Under the pieces are notes generated by a model that saw only the letters and a list, made by a program, of their open reading frames with translations, was not told where the DNA came from and ran no database searches. Both the position numbers and the translations under genes were made by a program. From the NCBI RefSeq assembly GCF_009914755.1, contig NC_060939.1: a stretch of 64,000 bases of DNA. One strand, written 5' to 3'. Positions 34,434 through 50,259 of this stretch are shown piece after piece. Position 1 is the first letter of the stretch; each line of letters starts with the position of its first letter. Source of the stretch: the human T2T-CHM13v2.0 reference genome, Homo sapiens.

Positions 34434-34693
34434 CAGGGCTGACTTATCCATTAGGTACAGCAAGTCCAGGGCCTAGGGCCCATGATATTTCAGGGGGCCT
34501 ACAAAATGTTTCAATTTCAATTTTCTTTAAAGCAATAATAATAATTGTAATAATAAATATATAACAACAAATCCAGCCTGGATTTCATTTGTCTTGATGC
34601 CAATACACTTGTAAAATATACTTTTAAAAAATGGTATGGGAGAAGGGGCCTGTGAAGGCAGTGTCTAAGGCCCATGAAAGTCATAATACCCTG
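34434..34693. mobile_element. hAT-Tip100 non-autonomous element (probably ORSL)
   Basis: Begins CAGGGCTGACTTATCCATTAGG and ends GTCATAATACCCTG (short TIR). Family name from memory. Confidence 0.5.
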
Positions 34694-35603
34694 GAGGGCA
34701 CTGGTGACTGTGTCCTTCAGCCCCTTCCAGAGCATGGCTCAGGCTAGTAGGAATTAAGCAAGGAATGTTTATTACACACTTTCTGTACGCCTCACTCTGG
34801 GAAGTAAATAAGAGCATAAAGCCTGTCCTGGTCTGCCTAGGAAGAGGAGATGTACACACAGGAAACTAAAAGCAAGACAAGACAGGATGCACGCTCTGAC
34901 TGTCGGCAGTTCTTACTTAGATCTCTTCTTGTTTTTGTCGTTTCATTTGTCATTTAGTCAGTGTTCTGCTTTGCAGGTTACTGAACTGTTTCATGTACTT
35001 AATGATTTAATCAACAATTCTTTTGTTGATTTCTTCCTTCCTTCAACAAATATTTACTATTTTAATAATATATTTATTATTTTAAAATACTTGAGTGTGT
35101 GTGCGTGTGTGTGTGTGAGACAGGATCTCACTATGTTGCCAGGCTGGAGTGCAGTGGTTATTCACAGGCATGATCAGAGCACATTTTGGCCTCAAACTCC
35201 TGGCTTTAAGCAATCCTCATGCCTCAGCCTCCCGAGTAGCAGGGATTACCACTGTACCTGGCCCTGATATAATAGTTTTTGAATGGATAATTCAGCTCAT
35301 GGTGCAAAAATTCAGGAGGTACTGTAGGATATACACAAAGAAGGCTGAGGGCAGGAGAGAGAGAGAGAGGCCTCTTTTGTACTGAATCTTTGGTACTGCT
35401 TATATTTTGTACCAAGCTCAAGTATTACCTATTTATTAGAATAAAAATAACCAAGCAAACAAAAAACCAGATGGGTATGGGTTGAAGAGTTTATTCACCC
35501 AGCTTTCTAGCCTTCTGGTTTCCTTCCCCAGAAGCAACCATTTATACCAGCTTATCATGTATCTTTCCAACATTTACGTGTCTACAAGCATATAGGCTTT
35601 TAA

Positions 35604-36012
<409 letters not shown>

Positions 36013-37203
36013 TGATATACCTTAATTTCTTTAACTACTGCTAATTTCTTTATCTTGTATCGATAAAGTTAAGGTTGTTTCCAATCTCTTTCTTTTTGCT
36101 ATAAAGTAACCTTATGGAGCCTAACTCCCCCCTTTCAGTTATACAATACACGACCATATACATGTGTCGTTTCACTCATATGCAAGTACATCTGTATGGT
36201 GTATGTATAAACTGGAATTGCAGGGTCAACGTATGGGCATTGCTGCAGGGAGGGGAAATTGGCACAATTTCTCTGGGGTACCCAGTTTGGCTATATCTAT
36301 CAAAAGTTAAGATCTGTCTCCTCTCCCTAAAAGAGAGCACCTCCTGGGTGCTGGGTTAGGGGTGCAGAGATGAGGAGGGCTCAGGCTTTGCTCTTGAGGG
36401 TCTCTCCAATGTGGACAAATCATCTCCAGCCCTAGGAAGTAGGAATGTAAAATGCCAGGGCAGTGCAAGGAAGATAGCCTTGGGGAGAAAGGGGGAAAAA
36501 ATTTGCCCAGAGGAAAAGGAGTAAGGACATTCCAGGCAGATGGACCAGCAAGTGCAAAATTTGGGATATTAGAAAGCAGGTGGGGCACTTTGGGGTGTTC
36601 CAGAGAGCAGCCCTCTCTTGTTCAGGATTCATGTAGTGGAGCGGTGGGGAGATGAAGTGGGACCTGCTCCTAACAGGGCTGGGAGGTTACTCTTTAGCTT
36701 GTTAGCCACGGGGATCCACTAAAGTGTTCTCAATCAGGAAATCTGATAGTCAGAGAGGACTGCTAGAAGGCTCTCTCTGGCCATGTTATAAAAGAGTGAT
36801 TGAATACAGACATTTCTTTAAATAAACTCCTAGTACCTGAAGGGCAGGGCTCCCTGCACTAAATGCCTTTGGCCCATAGTAAGTGCCCAGTAGAAATGCT
36901 CTGTTGAATTTTAGCCAGGCACCAAAATGTGACACATCTCTGGTTATCATTTCTCAACTGAGGGCTTCTACAATCCCCTAAAGGTTAGAAGAGTGAACCT
37001 CCTCCAGGAGGGCCGAGGTCAGGTCTGTGATCAGTCTGGGGTCAGGGTCTGATGCTGCTTACAGTGACCGTGACACGCTTTAGAAGTCTTCCATCTCTGT
37101 TCAGAACTCATGAGAATTGTGCATTCTATTCCCTGATATATCTGGGTTAGCTTGAATATTAAAGATCAAATATACTACAAATGTAATACAAAAATAAATT
37201 TTC

Positions 37204-37530
<327 letters not shown>

Positions 37531-38289
37531 TCCCCCAACATCTGTGAATGAAATAAGCTCTGCAGAAAAATCCCTTGATTCCAAAAGTCCCCACATTAGC
37601 CCAGTTTGAGGAGGATGGATTTAGGTAATGCAGGCTCACAGTCCTCACCCTGGCCTCTGTACAACTGCCTCCATCCCTTTTAACAACCATGAAACTCACT
37701 GCACTTTGCTCACTCATGTTTCCATTCATTCATTCATTCATTCATCCATGCAATATTTTTGAAGGCTGATAATGTCCAGGGCATTGCCCTCCCCTATGGG
37801 TACACAAGGAGCAGAATAACAGTGGCAGCTCTAAATGCTTTGCACGTATTATCTCAGTCAACTCTCACAATGACCATATGAGATAGGTACCGAAGCTTAG
37901 TAACTTTATTAATCAGATTATTGAGCTGCTGAGTCCTATAGTGTGCCAGAACTTTATTCATTTAACTCCCACCTTGGTCCAGTTGGTCCACTTTACAGGC
38001 GAGGGAAGTGAGGGTCACAGAGGTTAAATAGTTTGCAGGGTTGCTGTTAGTTCAGTGGCTTAACTTGAAAATGACTGACTCCATGCTCATTTCACTAATA
38101 AAAACTACTTTTGATTGAGCCCTTACTAGATGCCAGACACTGCGCTAAGCATTTTGATCTTCAAAACAACCTCCTAATATTATTATTACTATTACCAGCA
38201 AAAGATTAAGCATCAATGACATGAGTATACTGTTCAGATGTTCTTTTATACTTTCAAAGATGTGACAGCAAATCATGCTGGCTCTATCT

Positions 38290-39040
38290 TTAGGATATAT
38301 AAAATGTCCAGGATCCAACTTCTGCTCCCCCACGTCCACTGCTCTCACCCTGGTCCAAGCCACCATGGCCTCTGGCCTGGACCACTGCCACAGCCTCCTA
38401 CCAGGTCCTGCTCCCACCCCACCATTGCAGTCAGTTCACAAGGCAGTTCAAGGGAGCCTCTTGAAACAGAAGGGAGATCCTGTTCCTTTTCTGCTCAGAA
38501 CCTCCAGGGGCTCCCAAGTCACTCAGATGACTAGCCAAAGACCCAACAATAGCCTATACGAACTTACAATCTGCCCCCAATATTACTCCGATCTCATCAC
38601 TTTTTTGATGGTCCTGGAACGTGCCAGGTCTGCTCCTATTTCAGGGCCCTTGCACTTGCTGTTCTCTGTGGCTGTGACATTCTTCCCCTAGATAGCATCA
38701 TAGCTAATTTCCTCCCCACTCTATCCCCACCAGCAAGACCTAGCTCAAATGTCACCTTCTCAGGGAAGCCTTCCCTGATCACTTCCTTTAAACCACAACC
38801 TGCCGTCTCCCAACATTCCTTTCTCTTCTTCTCTGCTTTATTTTTGACCTTGGCACCTTTACCTTCAATACACTGGCTACCAGGTTATTTTGCTATGATT
38901 TCCCCCTTAGACTCCTTGAGCTAGGAATTTTTGTGTTTTGCTTACTGCAGGATGGCTAGCATCTATAGGAGGGCCTAGCACCTATAGGAGGGCCTGGCAC
39001 CCAGTAGGAGCTCCGTAATTTGTGTTAAATGAATGAACAC
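38290..39040. mobile_element. L2 3' fragment
   Basis: ctggtccaagccaccat...tcagggcccttgcacttgctgtt...caaatgtcaccttctcagggaagccttccctga...cctggcacccagtaggagctc...aatgaatgaa. Confidence 0.75.
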
Positions 39041-40315
39041 AAAGTTCCATTCATTCACATATGCATTTTCCAAGGTAGAGAGGGTCTAGAGCATTCATCA
39101 GAGCTTCAAAAGGGTTGTTTACCACTGCCCAAGGGTGCCCAACTCTCCCATTTGGGGCAATGTTGACCAAGCAGATTTACCCTCCAAAGGGGGAGACAAT
39201 ACCACTTAGCCACTTGGGCCTACAGATAGTCTAAAAAATTTGGGCCATAAGAGTTAATAAGTGGGACCCTGGTTTATCCATCAGTCTCTTATGAAGTGGG
39301 TCATGATGACTCAGTCTCCCTGCCAATCCACCTGCCTATAGCGAGAGGTGGCCCAGATCCCCTCTGTGATGTCTCTGTTCATAAGCGGTAGCCCGTAAAT
39401 ACTGCTCCTTTTCCACCACCCAGAAGCAACCTTTCCCTTGCATGATTTCTACTGTTTCATGCCTTGTGCCTTCCCAGTAGTGTGAGACATTTCCCAGGGG
39501 CAAGGGACTGGTTTTCTTTTCTAGGACTAGGTGTTAAGAAGATGCACACACATCTCACGCAGCTCTGGGTTCAAGTCTCAACTCTGCTACCTACTTGGTG
39601 CGTGATCTGTAACAAATTACTTAACCTCTCTGTTTCCTCCTCTAAAAATATGGGTCTAGGAAGAATAAAACCTTCTTCACTGTGTTGTTGGGGGGATATG
39701 ATGAAATACTGATGTGCTTGGCACAGGGATAAGTATGGAGTTCAGTTAAGTGGGGGATTTTATTTCAACCACTCTACAAATATTTATTGAGTGCCCACTA
39801 TGTGACAGGCATTGAATTAGGGACCAGGAAGAAGAAATGGGGCAAGTGCTGTCTTATGTGATTTAGCTTTTCAATGGCACAGGCAGAATGGCATCAAATG
39901 GCCTGTTTCTGACTCCACTGCCTCCACGCTGCTGTGGGTGGCCTGGGCCTGCTACTTTCACCATCTCATCCCTTGTGGAGCTTACATCCCAAAGGTAGAG
40001 GGGAACAGATAAAAGATTGTACGGTTTTGAATTGGGACAAGCCCAGTAAAGAGGAAGCATAGAGTGCTTTGGGGAAAATACTGGAATAAGAGAGTGGGGA
40101 CACATTTGAATCTGAGGGGGTCAGAGTTACTTGTGAGTTACTTTGTGAGTAACTCGGGTGCAGAGACCTGTGGATAAGCATCAGGGACCCCACCTTCTTC
40201 CTTTCCTCTCTTTTCTCTACATCCCTAGGGATTTGGAGCTTGCTCTCCAGTCTGGCAGCCTCGAGGGAGGGTGTACTTAGGTCATAGCATAGCCCTGCCC
40301 TGCTGGGCCCCGCCA

Positions 40316-40335
40316 TACACACCCTCTAGTGGCCA
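40316..40335 (-). promoter_or_regulatory. Candidate CTCF site
   Basis: Reverse complement TGGCCACTAGAGGGTGTG closely matches the CTCF core. Confidence 0.6.
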
Positions 40336-40615
40336 CAGCGCATGCCAGGCACTAGGCTGGATGGGCCCTAGGAATCCAAGGACAGCAGGACTGTCACTGC
40401 TCTTCCCATCCTGACATTATCTCCACTCAGATGCAGTGGCCCTGTAAGGAGGGCTGCTTCTAGGTCCTCTTGTCACTTAATTTTGTCAGCCACCTCCAGC
40501 ATGATTCTTATTTCCACTGCACAGATGAGAATCCCAAGGCTCATAAAGTTGAGGGAGGTAAGTAGGGTCAGTACTGAATTTAGGCCCACTGGACTCTGGT
40601 TTCAGTGAGCTTCAG

Positions 40616-40652
40616 GTGGCATCGTTCCTGAGCACATCAGGAACGATGCCAC
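40616..40652. repeat. Perfect 16-bp inverted repeat, 5-nt loop
   Basis: GTGGCATCGTTCCTGA-gcaca-TCAGGAACGATGCCAC. Confidence 0.95.
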
Positions 40653-41108
40653 ATCTCCCAGTGAGCAAGAGATGATGCCAGATTTTGCCATTACTGCCCA
40701 GCAAAGAAGGCAGATCCCCCCAGAAAGGTCACTGCTTCAATCTCTCCTTGGTCTGAGGCTGTTGGGGCATCTCTCAGGGCACTTCCCCAGGAACTCTGCA
40801 GATTGGGATGCCATGGTACCTCAGAGAGGCATGGGGGTGGAAGTGGGAAGAAGGGAGCCCCTAGGGGTACGTGCTGAGCATCTGTAGAAGCACACACATC
40901 CCTGCGCTCAGGAGGTCCTGCAGGTTACCTGCTGGTAATCCTTCCTGCCCGGCCCATTTCCTTTGCTTCCCATTACACAAGCATACCCCTTCTTCAGCCA
41001 AACTGGCTGGGTTTTAATCCGGCATCGGCTACTAATTATAAGCTTGTGCAAGTTACTTTTGGCAAGCCTTTGTGCCTCAGTGTCTTTATCTATAAAATGG
41101 TGATAACA

Positions 41109-41723
<615 letters not shown>

Positions 41724-42754
41724 AAAATGGTGTTAACAACCACAGCTATCCCCAAAACGTTGTATTCTGGGGCCTCAACCCCTGACACTTTGATTCAGCA
41801 GGTGGACCTTTGAACCACATTTTGGAAATCCCTGCCTAAAGAGTATAGTCTGGCATCACAGACCTACACACCACTTCCAGCCAGAGGATGAGCAGGCGTG
41901 CTGGTTCATGCCTCTCTGGTTTTAGCATGTTAGCATTGTCAATGTCATCCTCGTTTTAGTGGCAAGTTACATGAGTGAGCTCCTGTGCCTCAGTTTTCCT
42001 CATCTGTAACTGGAGATAATAATAGTAACTATGTTAAGTCCTTATATATTAATAATAATAGTACCTATGTTAAGTGTTGTGAGCGTTAACTAAGTCCTGG
42101 AACATTGCCTTGCCCATAGTAACGACTCAATACGCACGAACTATTATTATTGTAATCCACAGTCAAAGATAATCCACAAAGAGCATACACGGGGATAAAA
42201 GAAAATACACTGAGTTTCTGTTTGTATTTTAAGATGTATTAATTTCCCCATGGGCGAAAAGTAACTGAAAGGGGCCACAAGACAGGCTTCTGGGGTGCAG
42301 GTCAGGTTGCTTTTTGGGTGCTGGTGACATCATGTGTGTTTGTTCACGTGTGAAAATTCATCCTGCTGTTCGCTTGCGATTTGTGCATTTAACGTGCACT
42401 ATCTCGAGGGACCTTCGTGGTTCTGTGAAGCACGAAGGGCAAGCATCCTCATCCGCGGTTTCAAACAAGAAACTGAGGCTAGGACCGCTACTTTAATTTG
42501 GCCAAAGTAGTAGGGGATGGGTGTGAGGAAGTGTCTCAGTCCGATCTTTCTTTCGGGGAGCAACGGCCACTCTCAGAGAGCGCAGCGCGAACAGTACCTG
42601 GTTCCAGGTAAAGCTCAGCAAAGGGTTCTGAATCCTCCTTGCAAATGCCACCCTTCCCCCAGCGCACACAGACTCTGGGCACGGCCGGGGGTTCGCACCG
42701 CCGCGCACTCCCCAGGCTAGCTCCACGCGTGGTCACTCTCCAGGGAGACCCGCC

Positions 42755-43000
42755 CGCCGGCGCCCCGCGGTCACCGCGGGGGAATGGCGCCCAGCCCCGG
42801 GCCAATGAGAGTAGCGGAATTTCTTTCATTCAGCGCGGGGCCAGGCTCCTGCCCGGAAAGGGGCGGGGCGCCGCGCCGGGGGTGGGGCCGCCGCGCGCGG
42901 GGGGAGAGGGCGGGGCCGGCCCCTCTGCCTGGCCAATCGGCGCCGCGCCCGGGGGGGGAGGGGGCCCAGGCCTTTTTTCCCCTCCGCGCGGGACCAATCC
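42755..43000 (+). promoter_or_regulatory. Upstream promoter-like cluster: 3 CCAAT boxes, GC boxes, ETS, 4 GGCGCC
   Basis: CCAAT at 42802, 42933, 42994; GGGCGGGG at 42861 and 42908; CCGGAA 42853; GGCGCC at 42759, 42786, 42867, 42939. Confidence 0.7.
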
Positions 43001-43732
43001 CGACTTTACAAGCTTGAACTTTTGCCACCCTCGGACTAGCGAGCGCGCCCGAGGAGGTACCCCGCCGCGCCGGCTCCAGGGGCAGGAGCGGCCTTAACCC
43101 TTCCCGCGCCGGGCGTCAGGCTGCTGCCGCCGCGCCCCCGATCCCGCCCCCAACCCACCCCCATTTTCGCGTGGAAACCTCTCTAGGGAAAGCGTGATCC
43201 CTCACCTACAGCCCTCTCCGAGGTGCGGAGAGTAAACTTGAGAAGGGAGAGGAAGCACCCGGCCTGGAGGGGGCCCGGCCGGCCGGCGGCCCGCCTCGCT
43301 CCAAGGGAGGGTCGTGGCGACCGAGAGGAGCCAGCGAGTAGACACTCCCCGCCTCTACCCCACCCTCTCCATCTCCCCACTCCGGGCGAGCCTGGAGCCA
43401 CCGTACGCAAAGCGTCCTGAGCTCCCTGTTTGGCCCGGCAGAGCGACCCCCGACTTTGTGCAAGGAGCGTAGAGCCCCTAGTGCAGTCACGGAAGATCCG
43501 CTACCCCAACATATCCGCCGCCCCCTGCTCCTCAGAGGCTCAACCCTGGAAGGCACACATGCACACCCATTTTTATTAGCCTACCCTAGGATGGGGGTTT
43601 GGAACAACTTTAAAGTGCAAAGTGTGTTTGTAAGTTTGTGCACAAGCCAGGGAGAGGCAAAGCGCCCCGTTTGCGTCCGAGTCTCAGTGGGTCCGCCGAG
43701 CCTTGCGCGCCTGCTCGTGGCTCGTGTAACCC

Positions 43733-43772
43733 TGTGTGTGTGTGTGTGTGTGTGTCCGCGCGCGCGTGTGTG
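43733..43772. repeat. (TG)11-TC-(CG)5-(TG)3 alternating purine-pyrimidine tract in the promoter
   Basis: Direct reading. Confidence 0.92.
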
Positions 43773-43969
43773 CTCGCTCGCATCCGTGCTCTGGGCGCAA
43801 CGCGAGGCAGAAAGCGGGCCGCGGGCGCTGTCAGGCCCTGGGCGGGGGTGCCGGGGTGGTGTGGGGCGGGGGCCCGAGCTCGGCCCGCCCCGGGAGCCGG
43901 CCCCTTGGAGCCTCCGGCCCTGCAATGGGACGTGTTCTCCTTTAAGAGTTAAGAAACTTGAAACCTTGT

Positions 43970-44019
43970 TTGCGCAACAATCAGCGCCGCGGAGCCGCCA
44001 AAGTGTCTAGACTGGCATA

Positions 44020-44037
<18 letters not shown>
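43970..44037 (+). promoter_or_regulatory. Proximal Smad-responsive module: C/EBP palindrome, GC-BRE, palindromic SBE, CCAAT
   Basis: TTGCGCAA 43970-43977; GGAGCC 43991-43996; GCCGCC 43994-43999, 5-nt spacer, GTCTAGAC 44005-44012; CCAAT 44033-44037. Confidence 0.8.
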
Positions 44038-46071
<2,034 letters not shown>

Positions 46072-47688
46072 TAAACTTAAAAGGGTACATGTCGTAGTTT
46101 TCTCTGTGCAGTTTCAGGGACATGATGTAGGCTCCAACTTCATAGGCAGTGAAAGGGGAGGGCAGGCCAAGGAGAGACCAAAGAAGTAGGTGCTATTTCC
46201 TCCTACCTCAATTCCGGAATCTACCCCAGTCTGTGCCCAGGCTTCTAGCATTTGTATGCACGTGCCCTTACCCACACTGTGCTTTTCTATGTCCAAGTAG
46301 CTGTAAGTTGTGAAATTGGGTGTACACAAATCATAGCTAGAATCAAAAGTGTTCGTCAAATGTCCAATTTGTGCCTTTGCATACTTTCGACAAAGCTTTG
46401 CAGGGTAACCCCTCTCTGGAGTAAAGAGCACCCTCTTTATTCCCCACATAATATCATTCCCCACATCCCTTGGGTGTCAAGTGCCAGGGTCTTCCATAGT
46501 CCTTCTCAAGTTTTGTGTTCAGCTTTTGTGTAGAGTTTAGGGTCTTGGAGGCATCCGTGAGTAGATGAAGAAGCCAGATACTGGATTACCTCTGAGAACT
46601 GCCCCCCTTCTTTGTTCTCCTCTTGGGATTTCCTGCACACGCCCCACCCTCAGCCTTGCTTACCTGGCCAGGCCCTGGTGCTCAGGTGCAGACAGGCAGA
46701 GGCCCCAGCAGGTCAGGAGGCTCCAGCAGGCCAGGAGCTTGCAGCTGCCTTGCTCTGACCTCTGTCTTGTGGGGAACACACACTTTAGCCTGTAGCTAGC
46801 CTCTGAGGGATGTATGGGAATCCATTAGCTGGCACTGGGGTTTTGCAGGGGTGGGACTGGCAGGGAGTCACAGGCTCTTGAGCCTGGGAGGGCTCTGAAT
46901 CCCTCCATTCTGGCTTCCCTGGGGAGAGTCAGCACCCAGGCTGGGAGCACAGAGAGGGTCAGGTTGTAGGTCTCCTGACTCTGTGTGGAAGGGGAAAGTG
47001 GGTCTAGGATGGTGCATTTGTCCTAGGTGTTTTGTTTGCGTGTGGAGTAGTGTCTGGAGAGGAAAGGAAGTTTCCCCTCAGTGATGATTCCTGCATAGAG
47101 GGCATTGATGGGGGCGGGTGGGGAGGGGAAGTGTTGATGAGGCACCCTACTCCCCTCATGGTCACTCCAGTCCCAATTTAGGAGCTATGAGCAGCCCCTG
47201 ATATGTGGCTCATGCCAGGCTTTCTATGTACTCTTTTCCCCTTACTGACAGCTTTCCCTGGAAGTGACTTTCTCCCCTCTGCCAACTATGACTCCCCACT
47301 GCCTCTGGGGAAGGAGACCAGTATTTATGGTTGTCTTGTTCCTGGTGATTTTTTTTTTTTTAAAGTAGGTCCCTTCCACTCTCGTAGAAGCCCCTGGCAG
47401 GTGTATTCTCTTTCGCCACTTCAGTGTGCAGCAGATGTTTGTTGAGCAATTACTTTGGGCCAGGCACTGTGCTGGGTGCTGTGGCTAACAGAGTGGAAAT
47501 ATGAGTAGGATCTGTGCCCTCAAGAAACATAATCCCACCAGGGATTTATGGGGGAGAGATGGGGGAAGAAGGGAAGTGTGCAGGGCCAGGTCATTGGGTG
47601 TGAACTACCAGAAGGCTGTGGGTGTGTATGTAATAGGATGGCATGCAGGAGCTCCACAGCTCCAACCTGGAGCCGGACCTTGGAGGAT

Positions 47689-47736
47689 GGGTCAGAGGAG
47701 AGGGAGCCAGCCGGGTCAGAGGAGAGGGAGCCAGCC
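47689..47736 (+). repeat. Perfect 24-bp tandem duplication
   Basis: GGGTCAGAGGAGAGGGAGCCAGCC x2. Confidence 0.95.
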
Positions 47737-48299
47737 AGCTCAGAGTCAAGGTGCCAGGCACGTTCAGGTGGTTGGGCAGGGAGGGGAGGAGTGAAAAAGT
47801 TGGAGACGATGGACAGGACCACTCCTGCTACTACTCCTGGGACTAGGAGTTGGCTTGGGTGTTGGTTTGCATTTGGTAGGTTTGGAGAGGTACAGGTCAA
47901 GAGATACCTGGCAAGCTGCAGTAGAACAGTTCTTGACCATGGACCTGGTCCCAGGCTCTGCCCAGCTAGTAACGTGCAGCTTGACTTTGGATGAGTTACC
48001 TCCCTTCTCAGCCACCGTGCTGGTCAGTGGGGGTGGCTCTAGGAATATTCTCCCCATCTAAATCTGGACTAAGCCTTGGGACTTGATTCCCCTCCTTCTC
48101 CCAGAAGGAGGCGCTGTTGCCAGGGCTGCAGCACCCCAAGTCTCCTCCCTTTTCTTTGCTAGCTGCTAGCCTGTGGGGCCCCCATTCAGCCACCCTGGGG
48201 ACAGCTGGGAGGACCGATGGTCCGGGAAGAGTTTCCAGTATGTGCCAGGTTGACCCTCTTGCCCCTGGCCTGAGAGCTGGGGTAGCCCTGGGCTGCCCA

Positions 48300-48570
48300 C
48301 CTGCCTCCACCGCTTGGCCGCCAGCCTGGCTCCCGTAACTGGGCGGGCGCATAGCTGGGGCTCAGCGGTGCGCGTCCTGATAAGGAGACTGCGCCTTCCA
48401 GGGCTCTGGGAAGAGGGCCGGGGCACCGGGCAGACAGATGCGCGCACACACATAGCGCAGGCACACCGCTAGCGAGCAAAGTACACTGGAACACCGGCAC
48501 TGAGGGACTCCCACCTGGCAGCAGTCACCTCCGCACCTTTACCGACCACTGCAGGGAGCCCCGGTGACAG
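48300..48570. promoter_or_regulatory. Intron-1 CpG cluster, candidate enhancer or alternative promoter
   Basis: Many retained CpGs in non-repeat DNA; TGATAA 48378, GGCTCC 48328, CAGAC 48431, GGGCGG. Confidence 0.5.
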
Positions 48571-50259
48571 AAGACCCCTTCCTGGGCAGTGTGGACCCCT
48601 GCTATTCAGAGCCCACTCTCCATCAACTTGAGTTGTGGCCTTGGGGCTAGTTTCCTCTTTGGGCTTCTTTTCCTATATCTAAAGTAAAGGGTTGGAGGGA
48701 ATCTGCACAATCTGAGGGCTGATGTGCAGATTCCAGGCCACACAGGCCTCCGTCCCCTCCCCCACTCTGCCCCAGGCTTGTCTCGGAAACTGGGGTCCTC
48801 AGGAGGGGACCCACCTCTTCTGGGCATGGGCTAGGGGCCTCCTGGCCTCCCAGCCCGTGGGAGTCAGGCCCAACTCTGCCTCCCCCTTGGGTGTCTTTCT
48901 GTCCCAGGAAAAGCCAGTTCGCTGAGCTCGGTGGGTGCCTATGTGGACGGAAATGTGGAGAAATACTTTAATCACAGCTCTAACCTGTGTTTATAGAGCT
49001 CCTTTCTCCTGAAAGTATCCATTAACTTCGGAATAAATCTCCTGCTCTTTGCTTCCCCACTTTTTTTTTTTTCTGTAATTATATTCAGTAAATTACTATT
49101 ATCCAAATTGCGCCCGGGGAAGAGAGACAGAGCGAGAGAGAGAGAACTTCTAAACGACTGGAGGAGGCCGCCTAGGAAAACACAGGGTTCCCAGGCCAGG
49201 ACTATAGGAATTAGAATGGGCTAGAAAGTTTTCCTTTTATTTGGCCTGGCATTATCCCTTTGAAATGAGATCAGTTTCAAGTTGGGCTTCCAAGCCCCCG
49301 CCCTGCCCGGCTCAGCGGCCCCTAGCCCTGCTTGTCTGCTCCTCCTAGCTCCTCCTGGAGGTGAGGAAGGGGTGATAATGTGCAGTTTGCCTCTTGCTGG
49401 CGCCAGCCGGCCGCGCTGTTTATCTGGCTGCCAGGGGAATCTGGGCAATTAGGCTCAGGCGGCCTTAAAGTGCCAGGAGCTCCTTTTCTGCGTCTCCCAT
49501 CATGGGGCTTAGGGTTGAGTCTTCAGGTTCTGGGGGCAGGAAGGACGGGCACTCAGGAGGCCACCTCCGCATCCACAGCCCCTCTTTGGGAGGGGGGAAA
49601 CTTGGCAACCCGGGAGGCATGTGGATCTTTTCCTAAGCAAGATGCTGAGCTGGAAAGATGGGGGTGTAAGGTAATGTCCCAAACTGAAACTTTGCCAGGC
49701 ACTGGGAGAGGCTGTGAACTCTTTTCTGGCTTTAGAATTTAGGTCTAGATCCCAAAAGGCTAAGTACCCCCTGGGGGCTAACCAGAGGCATGCCTGGGCT
49801 GAGCTGAACCTTCTGGTGCACTGGCCCCTGGCTGACTGCTCTTCTGCAGGAAGTTGGAGGAGATTCCTGAAGTTGATTCCTCAGGCTGGATGTCCAAGGG
49901 GGTTGGAGTTTCTGATGTCTTTCTGTCTCCCTCTCTTTTCTTTCTCTCCCTACCAGGTCCACTTCTTTCAGAGGGGCCTGCGGTGCTCTAAAAGTTCTCC
50001 TGTTAAAGTTTAGAGCAAATTGGTTATTATTTTAAAATCAATAAAACTTTTAAAAGTACTAAGACAACTTCTAAGAGGGGAGTGGACAGAGGGCCTGGTG
50101 GCAGCTCACAGTTTCTTTTCTGACCTTTGGTCTCACCCACCAAGTGTCCCACCTGAGTGCCCACCTTGCCCACCTGAGGTAATGCCCTGGGGCTCCACCA
50201 GTCCAGATCCACAGGGCGCAGCCATGTGGGAGTGGCGGCTGATTGTTACCCAGTAGTGT

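Noticed and set aside
38963-39000. 19-bp tandem duplication (similar 20-24-bp ones at ~28817 and ~42016)
   Set aside because: Ordinary slippage duplications inside old repeats.
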